The position numbers and the translations under genes were made by a program. Shown one piece after another: positions 15,825 to 23,858 of a stretch of 24,000 nt of DNA. Positions within the stretch are counted from its first letter, which is position 1. Each line of letters opens with the position of its first letter. The notes under the pieces are model-generated. The model was not told the origin of the DNA and made no database searches. It saw only the letters and a list, made by a program, of their open reading frames with translations. The stretch covers positions 865,385-889,384 of the forward strand of contig NZ_CP069798.1 in assembly GCF_016894345.1 (NCBI RefSeq), in the 5' to 3' direction. The DNA comes from Paralysiella testudinis. Its GTDB lineage: Bacteria > Pseudomonadota > Gammaproteobacteria > Burkholderiales > Neisseriaceae.

Positions 15825-15844
15825 GGCTATGCGGCTAAGCCGGT

Positions 15845-16588
15845 TTAGGGCATCAACATGCCGCCGTTTACATGCAGGGTTTGGCCGGTAATGTAGCGTG
15901 CCTGCTCGCTGGCGAGAAACAGCACCGCAGCGGCGATGTCTTGCGGCTCACCAAAGCGGCCCAGTGCGGTTTGGGCGGTGAACATATCGCGTTGTTCTTG
16001 TGTGAGCGCACGGGTCATGTCGGTGTCGATAAAGCCGGGGGCAACGCAGTTAACGGTGATGCCGCGGCTGCCTAGTTCGCGTGCCATCGATTTGCTAAAA
16101 CCGATTAAGCCGGCTTTGGCGGCGGCGTAGTTGGCTTGGCCGGCATTGCCCATCAGGCCTACCACGGAGGTGATGTTGATAATGCGGCCGTGGCGCGCTT
16201 TCATCATGCCGCGCATGGCGGCTTTGCTGGCGCGAAAGGCGGATTTGAGGTTGATGTGCATGATGTCGTCCCATTCGCTGTCTTTCATGCGCATCAGCAA
16301 ATTGTCGCGGGTGATGCCGGCGTTGTTCACCAAAATGGCCAAGGCGCCGTGTTCTTTTTCGATGTCGGCAATCAGGTTTTCGATGCTGCCTTCTTCGCCG
16401 ATGTCAAGCACACGGCCTTCGCCGCCAAACTCAGCCAGTGCTTGGCTGATGCTGTCGGCACCGGTGCTGCTGGTGGCGGTGCCAATCACTTTGGCGCCAT
16501 GCTCGGCCAATGTGTGGGCAATGGCGGCGCCCAAGCCGCGGGTGGCGCCGGTGATGAGGGCGGTTTTGCCGCTTAAATCTTGATTCAT
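15845..16588 (-). CDS. fabG: 3-oxoacyl-ACP reductase
   Basis: 247-aa SDR. It has TGATRGLG cofactor motif, NNAG, and the catalytic S...YAAAK context. It sits in a fab-gene neighbourhood. Confidence 0.9.
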   Translation of the reverse strand: MNQDLSGKTALITGATRGLGAAIAHTLAEHGAKVIGTATSSTGADSISQALAEFGGEGRVLDIGEEGSIENLIADIEKEHGALAILVNNAGITRDNLLMRMKDSEWDDIMHINLKSAFRASKAAMRGMMKARHGRIINITSVVGLMGNAGQANYAAAKAGLIGFSKSMARELGSRGITVNCVAPGFIDTDMTRALTQEQRDMFTAQTALGRFGEPQDIAAAVLFLASEQARYITGQTLHVNGGMLMP

Positions 16589-16672
16589 GATGTTCCTTTG
16601 TTAAGTTGAACAAGGTATTGGCAAGCGCTGTGTTGCTGCGCAGATTAAGATTGCCGATGTTGCAATAAGGCA

Positions 16673-17455
16673 TTAGCCCCAGGTGTAGGCGGTGAGCACT
16701 TGTTGTATGGTTTGGGCGAATTCGGGGCTAGGCTTGAGGCCGCTCATGGTTTCCACCACATCGCCATCCGCCAAGCGCTTGTACAGCCATAATTCTGCCA
16801 GCTCGAGATTGTGTTCAACCGGATAAAAATAGGCGCCATGGTTTTGTTCTGGCGGCTGGTGTTGTTGCAGCCAGCTGTCGGCGTCGGCAATCAGGTGGTG
16901 ATGGCTGGCCAGCAGAAAGCGAATGTCATACAACAACATGGATTGCTCGTCCATGCCCAAGCCGAAATAGCCTTTTTCTGTCACGATAACGGTGGCCACG
17001 GCGCGTATTTTTTCTTCAATATAACGATCCGGATAGCTACGGCACCAGTTTTGCATCTGCGGCTCTAAGGCGGCATGTTGGATAACGGCCAGCTCGGCAG
17101 CCTTGATGCGGGCGGGGTCGCGCCCGTGCTGCTTAAGGGGGTGCAATGGATAATGAACCCCGGCCAAGGCGGATGCCGATACGGCAGCGGGTTTGGTTGC
17201 CGATTCAGTGGCGCTGGCGTTGGCCGTGGCGTTGCTCGCTTCAGCTTGGTGCAGTGCGCTGTTGTGTTGTTGCGTGTCGAAAAACAGTGCTTGTAATGTC
17301 GGTGTGCAGAAGCTGGCTTCATCAGGCAGGCGTGACATCAGTGCGGCCAAAGGGTCATCGTTGCCCGGCGGCAAAGATTGGTAGGTCAGCAAAGGCTCGT
17401 CTTGAATCAAATCGCCCGGCGCCTGCTCGGTTTTCGGTAATGTATCGTCATGCAT
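16673..17455 (-). CDS. hypothetical protein (no family recognised) embedded between fabD and fabG
   Basis: 260-aa ORF with host-typical codon choices (TTG, CAA, CCG, GGC) and an AAGGGG RBS. It has no TM segment or signal peptide. The N-terminal half is low-complexity (ASNATANASATESATKPAAVSASA) and the C-terminal half looks structured. Confidence 0.7.
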   Translation of the reverse strand: MHDDTLPKTEQAPGDLIQDEPLLTYQSLPPGNDDPLAALMSRLPDEASFCTPTLQALFFDTQQHNSALHQAEASNATANASATESATKPAAVSASALAGVHYPLHPLKQHGRDPARIKAAELAVIQHAALEPQMQNWCRSYPDRYIEEKIRAVATVIVTEKGYFGLGMDEQSMLLYDIRFLLASHHHLIADADSWLQQHQPPEQNHGAYFYPVEHNLELAELWLYKRLADGDVVETMSGLKPSPEFAQTIQQVLTAYTWG

Positions 17456-17538
17456 ACCACGCCCCTTTGGTGCAATCCATGTGCCGCCTGGGTTTAATGA
17501 GTATTGATTTTATGGATTCAGGCGGTGTTAAAGCTGAT

Positions 17539-18471
17539 TCAGTGGGTATCGATAAAGGCCTGTATGTGTTCTTGGCTGGTTAGTGCGGTGCAGTTGGCGC
17601 TTTTGTCGATGCGTTTGGCCAAGCCGGCCAATACTTTGCCGGGGCCGCATTCTGCCGATTCGGTGATGCCTTCCTCTACCAGCAAGGCGACGGTTTCGGT
17701 CCAGCGCACAGGTGAATACAGTTGGCGCACCAGTGCGTCTTTAATTTGAGCGATGTCGGTGTGGGCGGCCACATCGGCATTGTGAATTACGCGGATTTCA
17801 GACTGCCCGAAAGCGGTGTTTTGCAAGGCGGTGGCCAGTTTGGCGGCGGCCGGCTGCATCAGGCGGCAATGGGAAGGCACGGAAACCGGCAACGGCAGCG
17901 CCCGTTTGGCGCCGGCTGCTTTGGCCAGCTCGGCGGCGCGGGCGATGGCGGCGGCGCTGCCGGCAATCACCACTTGGCCGGGGGAGTTGAAGTTTACCGC
18001 TTCGGCCACTTCACCGCTCAGCTCGGCTTCTGCGGCGGCGCAAACGGCACGCACGGCATCATCGTCTAGCCCCAAAATGGCGGCCATGGCGCCCGCGCCT
18101 TGCGGTACTGCTTCTTGCATCAGCTGCGCGCGCAGGCGCACCAGCCGCACGGCATCGGCAAAATCCAAGCTGCCTGCGGCCACCAAGGCGCTGTATTCGC
18201 CCAAGCTGTGTCCGGCCAGCGCGGTGGGGCTATTGCCACCCAATGCTTGATAAGCGCGCCAAGTGGCCACGCCTGCGGCGAGCATTAAGGGCTGGGTGTT
18301 GACGGTGTCGTTGATGGCTTGAGCATCAGTGTTCATCATCGCCCACAGGTCTTGGCCTAGGACATCACTGGCTTCGGCAAAGGTGTCTTTCACTACGGCC
18401 ATATTGTCGAAACCGGCCATCATATTCAGGCTTTGCGAGCCTTGGCCGGGGAAGAAAAAGGCAAAGTTCAT
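17539..18471 (-). CDS. fabD: malonyl-CoA:ACP transacylase
   Basis: 310 aa with FFFPGQGSQ and the GHSLGEYSAL active-site motif. Confidence 0.95.
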   Translation of the reverse strand: MNFAFFFPGQGSQSLNMMAGFDNMAVVKDTFAEASDVLGQDLWAMMNTDAQAINDTVNTQPLMLAAGVATWRAYQALGGNSPTALAGHSLGEYSALVAAGSLDFADAVRLVRLRAQLMQEAVPQGAGAMAAILGLDDDAVRAVCAAAEAELSGEVAEAVNFNSPGQVVIAGSAAAIARAAELAKAAGAKRALPLPVSVPSHCRLMQPAAAKLATALQNTAFGQSEIRVIHNADVAAHTDIAQIKDALVRQLYSPVRWTETVALLVEEGITESAECGPGKVLAGLAKRIDKSANCTALTSQEHIQAFIDTH

Positions 18472-18608
18472 GGGTATTCCTTGATGGGGTTTTAGGGTGC
18501 CGGATTCAGTTGCCGTGGTGGCTGAAGGTAAATAAGGCGATTCAAGAATGGTGCAAGTATAGCAAATCCGTTGTGGTTGGATTTGGCTGTGTTGGGATGA
18601 TGTGTTCT

Positions 18609-18637
18609 AGGCTGCCTGAAACGGTTTCAGGCAGCCT
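18609..18637. repeat. 29-bp near-perfect DUS palindrome (hairpin) 8 nt after the fabH stop
   Basis: AGGCTGCCTGAAAC-G-GTTTCAGGCAGCCT. No T-run follows on the - strand. Confidence 0.8.
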
Positions 18638-18644
18638 CGTGCTT

Positions 18645-19604
18645 TTAATAACGCAGTAATACCGCACCCCAAGCAAAGCCGCCGCCAATGCCTTCCAATA
18701 ATAAGGTATCGCCACGGCGGATGCGGCCGCTTTTGATGCCAACATCCAAGGCCAGCGGAATGGAGGCGGCTGAGGTGTTGCCGTGATCGGCCACGGTGAG
18801 AATTACCTTGTCCAGCGAAATGCCCAGGTGGCGCACGGTGGATTCGATGATGCGGTAGTTGGCCTGATGTGGCACCACCCAGTTGATGTCGGCAGCGGTG
18901 AGCCCGGCTTCCAGTAGCACTTCGGCACCCACTTTGGCCAATGCTTTCACGGCAAATTTATACACCGCCGGGCCGTCCATATACAAAAATGGTGAGGCAT
19001 CTACGCCGCCGCCGGCCACTTTGCCGGGGGTGTTGAGGATGTGGCTGTAGGCACCATCGGCCTTGAGTTTGGCGTGCATAATACCGGGGCTGCTTGCCGC
19101 GCCCAATACCACCGCTCCGGCGCCGTCGCCAAACAGCACACAAGTGCGCCGGTCGTTCCAGTCGAGCAGGCGGCTGAAAACTTCGGCGCCAATCACCAGC
19201 GCTTTGGTGGCCATGCCGCTGCGGATATAGGCGTTGGCGGTGACGATGGCATACATAAAGCCCGCACACACGGCCTGCACATCAAACGCCGGGCAACCGC
19301 TGATGCCCAGCTTGTTTTGCACAATGCAGGCGGTGGCGGGAAAGGTCATGTCCGGGGTGGCGGTGGCCACGATAATTAGGTCGATGTCTTCGGCACGCAC
19401 GCGGGCATCGGCCAAGGCGGCGCGGGCGGCTTGCAGCGCCAAATCGCTGGTTTGCTCGCCCGGCGCGGCAATGTGGCGCGCTTTGATGCCGGTGCGCTCG
19501 GTAATCCATTCATCGGAAGTGTCAACGATTTTGCTGATGTCGTCGTTGCTCATGCGGCGGGCGGGTAGATAGCTACCGGTGCCGAGAATCTGTGCGTATT
19601 GCAT
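18645..19604 (-). CDS. fabH: beta-ketoacyl-ACP synthase III
   Basis: 319 aa. Cys/His/Asn contexts are [18 protein letters not shown] and [13 protein letters not shown]. Confidence 0.95.
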   Translation of the reverse strand: MQYAQILGTGSYLPARRMSNDDISKIVDTSDEWITERTGIKARHIAAPGEQTSDLALQAARAALADARVRAEDIDLIIVATATPDMTFPATACIVQNKLGISGCPAFDVQAVCAGFMYAIVTANAYIRSGMATKALVIGAEVFSRLLDWNDRRTCVLFGDGAGAVVLGAASSPGIMHAKLKADGAYSHILNTPGKVAGGGVDASPFLYMDGPAVYKFAVKALAKVGAEVLLEAGLTAADINWVVPHQANYRIIESTVRHLGISLDKVILTVADHGNTSAASIPLALDVGIKSGRIRRGDTLLLEGIGGGFAWGAVLLRY

Positions 19605-19708
19605 AAATAGTGCCTGTGTTACCGGACAAAGCAGCCATTGTAGATAAATTGCTCTAGCTTGTCTGCATTTGCGTGCAGTGGGAACAAAACGGACTGAATT
19701 AAATAAAC

Positions 19709-19749
19709 AAGGCTGCCTGAAAAGTTGGGTGTGGTTTTCAGGCAGCCTT
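19709..19749 (-). terminator. DUS-pair hairpin acting as probable terminator after plsX
   Basis: 15-bp arms AAGGCTGCCTGAAAA and TTTTCAGGCAGCCTT with an 11-nt loop. On the - strand it is followed by GTTTATTTAATT. Confidence 0.55.
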
Positions 19750-19791
19750 AGGCGGTATGGATAAGCGATGATTGCGGTGAATCAACGCCGC

Positions 19792-20847
19792 TTAATCGGT
19801 GTTGCCGTCATGCAGACCCGATACGGATTCGATGGCAGCCAGTTGGCGGGCAATGCCGGTTTCGATTTTGTGCAGAGAATCCATTTTGATTTCGTGGTAG
19901 GCCTCTTGTAAGGCGTAGGTGAAACCTTCGGCATCGGTGCCGCCATGGCTTTTAATCACCACGCCGCGCAGGCCGAGGAAGATGGCGCCGTTAAAGCGGC
20001 GCGGATCTAGGCGTTGCTTGAAGTTTTTGAGTGTGGGCAGAGCCAGTAGCGCCGCGGCTTTGGTGAGCATGCTGCGTTTGAATTCTTCTTTAATCACGCC
20101 GCCGATAAATTTCACTGCGCCTTCAATGGTTTTTAACACCACATTGCCGGTGAAGCCGTCGGCCACCACCACGTCGACGTTGCCGCTGAACACGGCGTTG
20201 CCTTCCACATTGCCGATAAAATTCAATTGGCTTTGTTGCAGCAGGGCAAAGGTTTGCTTTACTGTGTCGGTGCCTTTAATGTCTTCGGTGCCCACGTTCA
20301 AGAGCCCCACTTTGGGCGCACCACGCTGAGGATACAGCGCCGCCACCAATTCGTTGCCCATTAAGGCAAACTGAAACAGCTGCTCGCTGGTGCAGTCGAC
20401 ATTGGCGCCCAAGTCCAGCATCAAGGTGAGGTGGTCGCCTTGGGCGGGCAGGAATTTGGCGATTGCCGGGCGGTCGATGCCGGGAATGGTTTTGAGCACA
20501 AAGCGGGCGGTGGCCATCAAGGCACCGGTGTTGCCGGCGGAAACCGCCGCTTGCGCCGCGCCTTCTTTGACTTGGTTGATGGCCACGCGCATGGACGAAT
20601 CTTTTTTGTTTTTCAACGCCGAAGGCGGGGCTTCGTCCATGTCCACTACTTGGGTGGCGTGTTGGATGCGGATGCGCTCCAGCGGCGCTTTGGCGGCGCT
20701 TAAGGCTGCCTGAATGCGCTCGGCGTCGCCCACCAAAATCAAATGGGCATCGGCTTGCTGCTTTAAAAACGCCACGGCGCCGGGGATGGTTACGTCTAGG
20801 CCGATGTCGCCGCCCATGGCGTCGACCGCGATGGTTTTGATGGTCAT
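19792..20847 (-). CDS. plsX: phosphate acyltransferase PlsX
   Basis: I place the start at ATG 20847 (MTIKTIAVDAMGGD...). The track start at 20961 reads through the Correia-like element and is spurious. 351 aa. Confidence 0.9.
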   Translation of the reverse strand: MTIKTIAVDAMGGDIGLDVTIPGAVAFLKQQADAHLILVGDAERIQAALSAAKAPLERIRIQHATQVVDMDEAPPSALKNKKDSSMRVAINQVKEGAAQAAVSAGNTGALMATARFVLKTIPGIDRPAIAKFLPAQGDHLTLMLDLGANVDCTSEQLFQFALMGNELVAALYPQRGAPKVGLLNVGTEDIKGTDTVKQTFALLQQSQLNFIGNVEGNAVFSGNVDVVVADGFTGNVVLKTIEGAVKFIGGVIKEEFKRSMLTKAAALLALPTLKNFKQRLDPRRFNGAIFLGLRGVVIKSHGGTDAEGFTYALQEAYHEIKMDSLHKIETGIARQLAAIESVSGLHDGNTD

Positions 20848-20864
20848 AATCCGCTTGTGCTTTC

Positions 20865-21022
20865 TGTAGTGAAATAAAGAATTAAGTGATACAAGGCAGC
20901 GAGCCGCAGACAGTACAGGTAGTACGGAACTGACTTTTGTTGGCGCTTTAGCGCCGTACAAAATTGTTCGCTTTGCGCTAAGGCGAGCTAACGCCGTAGC
21001 GCTTTTTTATTTATTTCACTAT
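20865..21022. mobile_element. full-length Correia-like MITE with TG/TG flanking direct repeat
   Basis: The core spans 20867-21020 (TAGTGAAATAAAG...TTATTTCACTA), flanked by TG at 20865-66 and 21021-22. The interior ACAAGGCAGCGAGCCGCAGACAGTACAGGTAGTACGGAAC...GCTAAGGCGAGCTAACGCCGTAGC is very close to the Neisseria Correia core. Confidence 0.8.
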
Positions 21023-21539
21023 GGTGGTTGCCGTTGGCGGCTTCGCTGTTGTGGGCGGCCAAATCCAGCGCATCCCACGGGTAGTTGATCCACCAGTCTT
21101 CCACGGTGATGCCGCTGAAGTAGGGCAGATTGGCGGGCAGTGTGCCCTTTTTGGCCTTGAGTTTTTCGTGCAATACGGCCACGCCCAATTGGCTGATGCC
21201 GGCCTGGGCCAGCTCGTTGAGGCAGTATTCCAGCGTAACGCGGCTGTCGTCTACTTCATCCACCACCAAGATGTTTTTGCCTTGCAGATTGGCAGCGATG
21301 CCTTCAATCCACTGGATTTTTTGCGGGCTGTCGGTGGGCTTGTCGTTAGCATCGTAATAGGCCAGCGTAACGGTATAAATGGGAATGTTTAAAAAGCTGC
21401 GCAAAATGCGGGCGGGGATAAAGCCGCCGCCGCCAATGGCCACCATGGCGTCAAATTGCTGGCCGGAAGCCTCGATTTTGGCGGCCAGCTGTTGGATAAC
21501 GTGGTGGATGTCGTCGTAGGTGTACCAGATTTTTTTCAT
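20988..21539 (-). CDS. purine (hypoxanthine/guanine/xanthine) phosphoribosyltransferase, Hpt1/Xpt1-like
   Basis: 183 aa. It has the PRPP motif NILVVDEVDDSRVTL. The pattern IGGGGFIPARILRSFL ... VLHEKLKAKKG ... WINYPWDA parallels yeast Hpt1/Xpt1-type enzymes as I remember them. The last ~11 codons and the stop lie inside the MITE. Confidence 0.75.
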   Translation of the reverse strand: MKKIWYTYDDIHHVIQQLAAKIEASGQQFDAMVAIGGGGFIPARILRSFLNIPIYTVTLAYYDANDKPTDSPQKIQWIEGIAANLQGKNILVVDEVDDSRVTLEYCLNELAQAGISQLGVAVLHEKLKAKKGTLPANLPYFSGITVEDWWINYPWDALDLAAHNSEAANGNHHSEINKKALRR

Positions 21540-21580
21540 CGGAAGTGCCGAATGGGGTGGGTTAACAAAAAGAGGTATCT

Positions 21581-21620
21581 AGGCTGCCTGAAATGTGTTT
21601 ATACCGGCTTCAGGCAGCGT
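21581..21620. repeat. inverted DUS pair, right copy imperfect (TTCAGGCAGCGT)
   Basis: AGGCTGCCTGAA at 21581-21592 and TTCAGGCAGCGT at 21609-21620, 16 nt apart, upstream of the PRT gene. Confidence 0.7.
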
Positions 21621-21641
21621 TTAAAGCCTGTATTGCAATGC

Positions 21642-21679
21642 AAAAAAGCCAGTGATTGCACAAGGCAACGTCTGGCTTT
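21642..21679 (-). terminator. probable rho-independent terminator after rpmF
   Basis: The - strand reads AAAGCCAG-[19 nt with inner TTGC/GCAA stem]-CTGGCTTTTTTG. Confidence 0.5.
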
Positions 21680-21706
21680 GGTATCGGGGTTTCACCGAGG
21701 TGGGGC

Positions 21707-21886
21707 TTATTCGCCTTTGGCTTTCACCACTTTGCGGCCACGGTACATGCCGTTGGGGGAAATGTGGTGGCGCAGATGCACTTCGCCGGTGTTCACATCG
21801 GTAGACAATTCCTGTGCAGTCAGGAAGTCGTGCGAGCGGTGCATACCGCGTTTGGAAGGGGATTTTTTGTTTTGTTGAACTGCCAT
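21707..21886 (-). CDS. rpmF: 50S ribosomal protein L32
   Basis: This gene is absent from the ORF track because it is under 60 aa. My translation is [59 protein letters not shown] (59 aa, TAA stop). An RBS AGGAGCAACCC precedes it. The position after yceD is classical. Confidence 0.95.
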   Translation of the reverse strand: MAVQQNKKSPSKRGMHRSHDFLTAQELSTDVNTGEVHLRHHISPNGMYRGRKVVKAKGE

Positions 21887-21924
21887 TTGGGTTGCTCCTA
21901 AGCAAAAAGTAAATCGAAATGGGG

Positions 21925-22428
21925 TTAGCGGTCGGATTTTAATCCGGCCAGCTTGGCAAAAGGGTTGGGTTGGTCTTGATTAACGCGTGCCAGCGTGGCG
22001 TTGTTGCAATCCTCGTGCCGCGGGGCAAAGGGGATGGCCATCAGCAATTGGTCTTCCAGCAAGGTGCGCAAGTCGATTTCGGCACTGTACAGCATGCCTT
22101 CCAGCGTTTCATCGGCGGCCATGGCTTCGTCAAGACGCGCTTCATCGGCAAACAGCACCACATGGGCATGATCTTCCAGCACAAACGGCACCGGCTTCAG
22201 GCAGCGTTGGCACACCAATTGCAGTACGCCGCTCAAGGCAATGTCCAAAAACGGGCGTTGCCAGCGGTCGGTGCCGCCACGGATGCGGTAATGCACGGTG
22301 TCGCCCGTATCGGCCAGCAGCTCATGTGTAAACACACGTGCATCCAGCTGCGCGAGGGTGGTTTCGCCGCTGTGGCTCAGGCCTTCTTGGGTGAACTTGG
22401 CCGTGTCAATCAAAATAGGGTCTAACAT
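21925..22428 (-). CDS. yceD: YceD/DUF177 (23S rRNA accumulation protein)
   Basis: It has paired Cys motifs (CQRCLKPV and HEDC) and lies upstream of rpmF. I prefer ATG 22428 ([12 protein letters not shown]...) over the track's TTG 22467, because that TTG is the start of a perfect TTGACA -35 box. The start choice is uncertain. Confidence 0.8.
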   Translation of the reverse strand: MLDPILIDTAKFTQEGLSHSGETTLAQLDARVFTHELLADTGDTVHYRIRGGTDRWQRPFLDIALSGVLQLVCQRCLKPVPFVLEDHAHVVLFADEARLDEAMAADETLEGMLYSAEIDLRTLLEDQLLMAIPFAPRHEDCNNATLARVNQDQPNPFAKLAGLKSDR

Positions 22429-22438
22429 AAACGGAGCA

Positions 22439-22447
22439 TGATATAAT
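22439..22447 (+). promoter_or_regulatory. candidate extended -10 promoter (TGATATAAT) for yceF
   Basis: A perfect TGnTATAAT ending 33 nt upstream of ATG 22481. It shares the same AT-rich block as the divergent yceD -10. Confidence 0.4.
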
Positions 22448-22467
22448 TTTGTTTGTCTTTCTGTCAA
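22440..22467 (-). promoter_or_regulatory. candidate sigma70 promoter for yceD-rpmF (TTGACA-N16-TATATC)
   Basis: The - strand reads TTGACA (22467-22462), a 16-nt spacer, then TATATC (22445-22440). This implies a very short leader to ATG 22428. Confidence 0.4.
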
Positions 22468-22480
22468 CGAGTTTGCGCCA

Positions 22481-23071
22481 ATGACTTCAAAAACAACGCT
22501 TATTTTAGGCTCTACTTCGCGCTTTCGCCAGCAGCAATTGCAATTGCTGCAAGTGCCGTTTCAGGCAGCCGCGCCGCAATTCGACGAAGCGCCGCTGCCA
22601 AACGAGGCCGCGCCGGATACCGCTTTACGCTTGGCAGAGGGCAAAGCACGCTCTTTGGCGGCAGCCTATCCTGATGCGCTGATTATCGGTGCCGACCAGG
22701 TGGCTTGGTGCGGTGAGCGCCAATTGGGCAAACCGCAAACCGTGGCAAAGGCGCAACAAATGTTGGCCGAAACCAGCGGCCAAACACTGGTGTTCTACAG
22801 CGCGCTGGTGTTGCTAAACAGTGCCAGCGGCCATTGTCAGCGCCATGTGGATGTCACCACGGTGAAAATGCGCGAGCTGAGCAGTGCGCAAATCAGCCGC
22901 TACTTGGCGCTGGAGCCGGATGCGGTGCATTGCGCGGGTGCTGCCAAAAGCGAAGGCTTGGGCGTGGCGCTGATTGAGCGCATCGACAGCACCGACCCCA
23001 GCGCCTTAATCGGCCTGCCTTTATTCACCTTGGTGGATTTCTTACACGCCGAAGGAGTGGCCTTGCCATGA
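22481..23071 (+). CDS. yceF: Maf-family nucleoside triphosphate pyrophosphatase (YceF subfamily)
   Basis: 196 aa. LILGSTSRFR...IIGADQV...CAGAAKSEGLG...GLPL is collinear with E. coli YceF. It is divergent from yceD, as in E. coli. Confidence 0.85.
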   Translation: MTSKTTLILGSTSRFRQQQLQLLQVPFQAAAPQFDEAPLPNEAAPDTALRLAEGKARSLAAAYPDALIIGADQVAWCGERQLGKPQTVAKAQQMLAETSGQTLVFYSALVLLNSASGHCQRHVDVTTVKMRELSSAQISRYLALEPDAVHCAGAAKSEGLGVALIERIDSTDPSALIGLPLFTLVDFLHAEGVALP

Positions 23072-23781
23072 ACCAGCCCGTTTTGTATTTGATTCCCACG
23101 CCCTTGGGGGCTGCCGACACGCCATGCTTGCTGGCACACGAGCAAGCGGCCATAGTGGGGCTTACCGACTTTGTGGTGGAGGCGGAAAAAACCGCCCGCG
23201 CCCATTTGAAAGCGTTGGGCGTAAGCAGCCCCATTCGCGATTTGAATTTGCGCACACTCAATGAACACACCGATCCCAACACCATCGCCGCCTTGCTGGC
23301 ACCGTTGCAGGCCGGGCGCAGCATGGGCTTGCTTAGCGAAGCCGGCTGCCCGGCGGTGGCCGACCCCGGGGCACAATTGGTGGCGCTGGCTCATGCGCAC
23401 GGCTTTGCGGTGATGCCACTGGTGGGGCCGTCGAGCATTTTGTTGGCCTTAATGGCTTCCGGTGCCAACGGCCAGTGTTTTGCCTTTAAAGGCTATCTGC
23501 CCACCGATAAAGCCGAACGCAGCGGCTGCCTGAAAGCCTTGGAAGCCCGCTCGCGCAGCGAAAACGAAACCCAATTGTTTATTGAAACCCCCTATCGCAA
23601 CGATGCATTGCTGGCCGATGCCATCGCCGCTCTGCATCCGGCCACGCGGCTGTGTATTGCCGCCGATTTAACCTTGCCCACGCAAACCATCATCAGCCAA
23701 AGCGTGGCACAGTGGCGCCAAATGGCGGCCTTACCCAATCTGAAAAAACGGCCTTGTTTGTTTGTGCTGTATGCGGGTTGA
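23068..23781 (+). CDS. SAM-dependent methyltransferase, tetrapyrrole-methylase (RsmI-like) superfamily
   Basis: 237 aa. LYLIPTPLG ... SEAGCPAVADPG ... GPSS are contexts typical of the TP_methylase/RsmI-like fold. Its ATG overlaps the yceF stop (ATGA at 23068-23071). Confidence 0.7.
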   Translation: MNQPVLYLIPTPLGAADTPCLLAHEQAAIVGLTDFVVEAEKTARAHLKALGVSSPIRDLNLRTLNEHTDPNTIAALLAPLQAGRSMGLLSEAGCPAVADPGAQLVALAHAHGFAVMPLVGPSSILLALMASGANGQCFAFKGYLPTDKAERSGCLKALEARSRSENETQLFIETPYRNDALLADAIAALHPATRLCIAADLTLPTQTIISQSVAQWRQMAALPNLKKRPCLFVLYAG

Positions 23782-23858
23782 AGCCGTGATAAACATATTG
23801 TTTGATTTAAATTTTCGCTGATTATTTAAATGCTTATCTTTAGGTTGGCTTTGGCTGT

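Noticed and set aside
9019-20961. N-terminal extensions suggested by the longest-ORF track for the VIT-vWA gene (to 11172), creD (from 11109), creB (to 15074), plsX (to 20961), and similarly glnK (from 6289) and amtB (from 6667).
   Set aside because: Internal ATGs with good RBS or signal peptides give proteins that begin where the family homology begins. The extensions overlap neighbouring genes, the divergent promoter region or a MITE.
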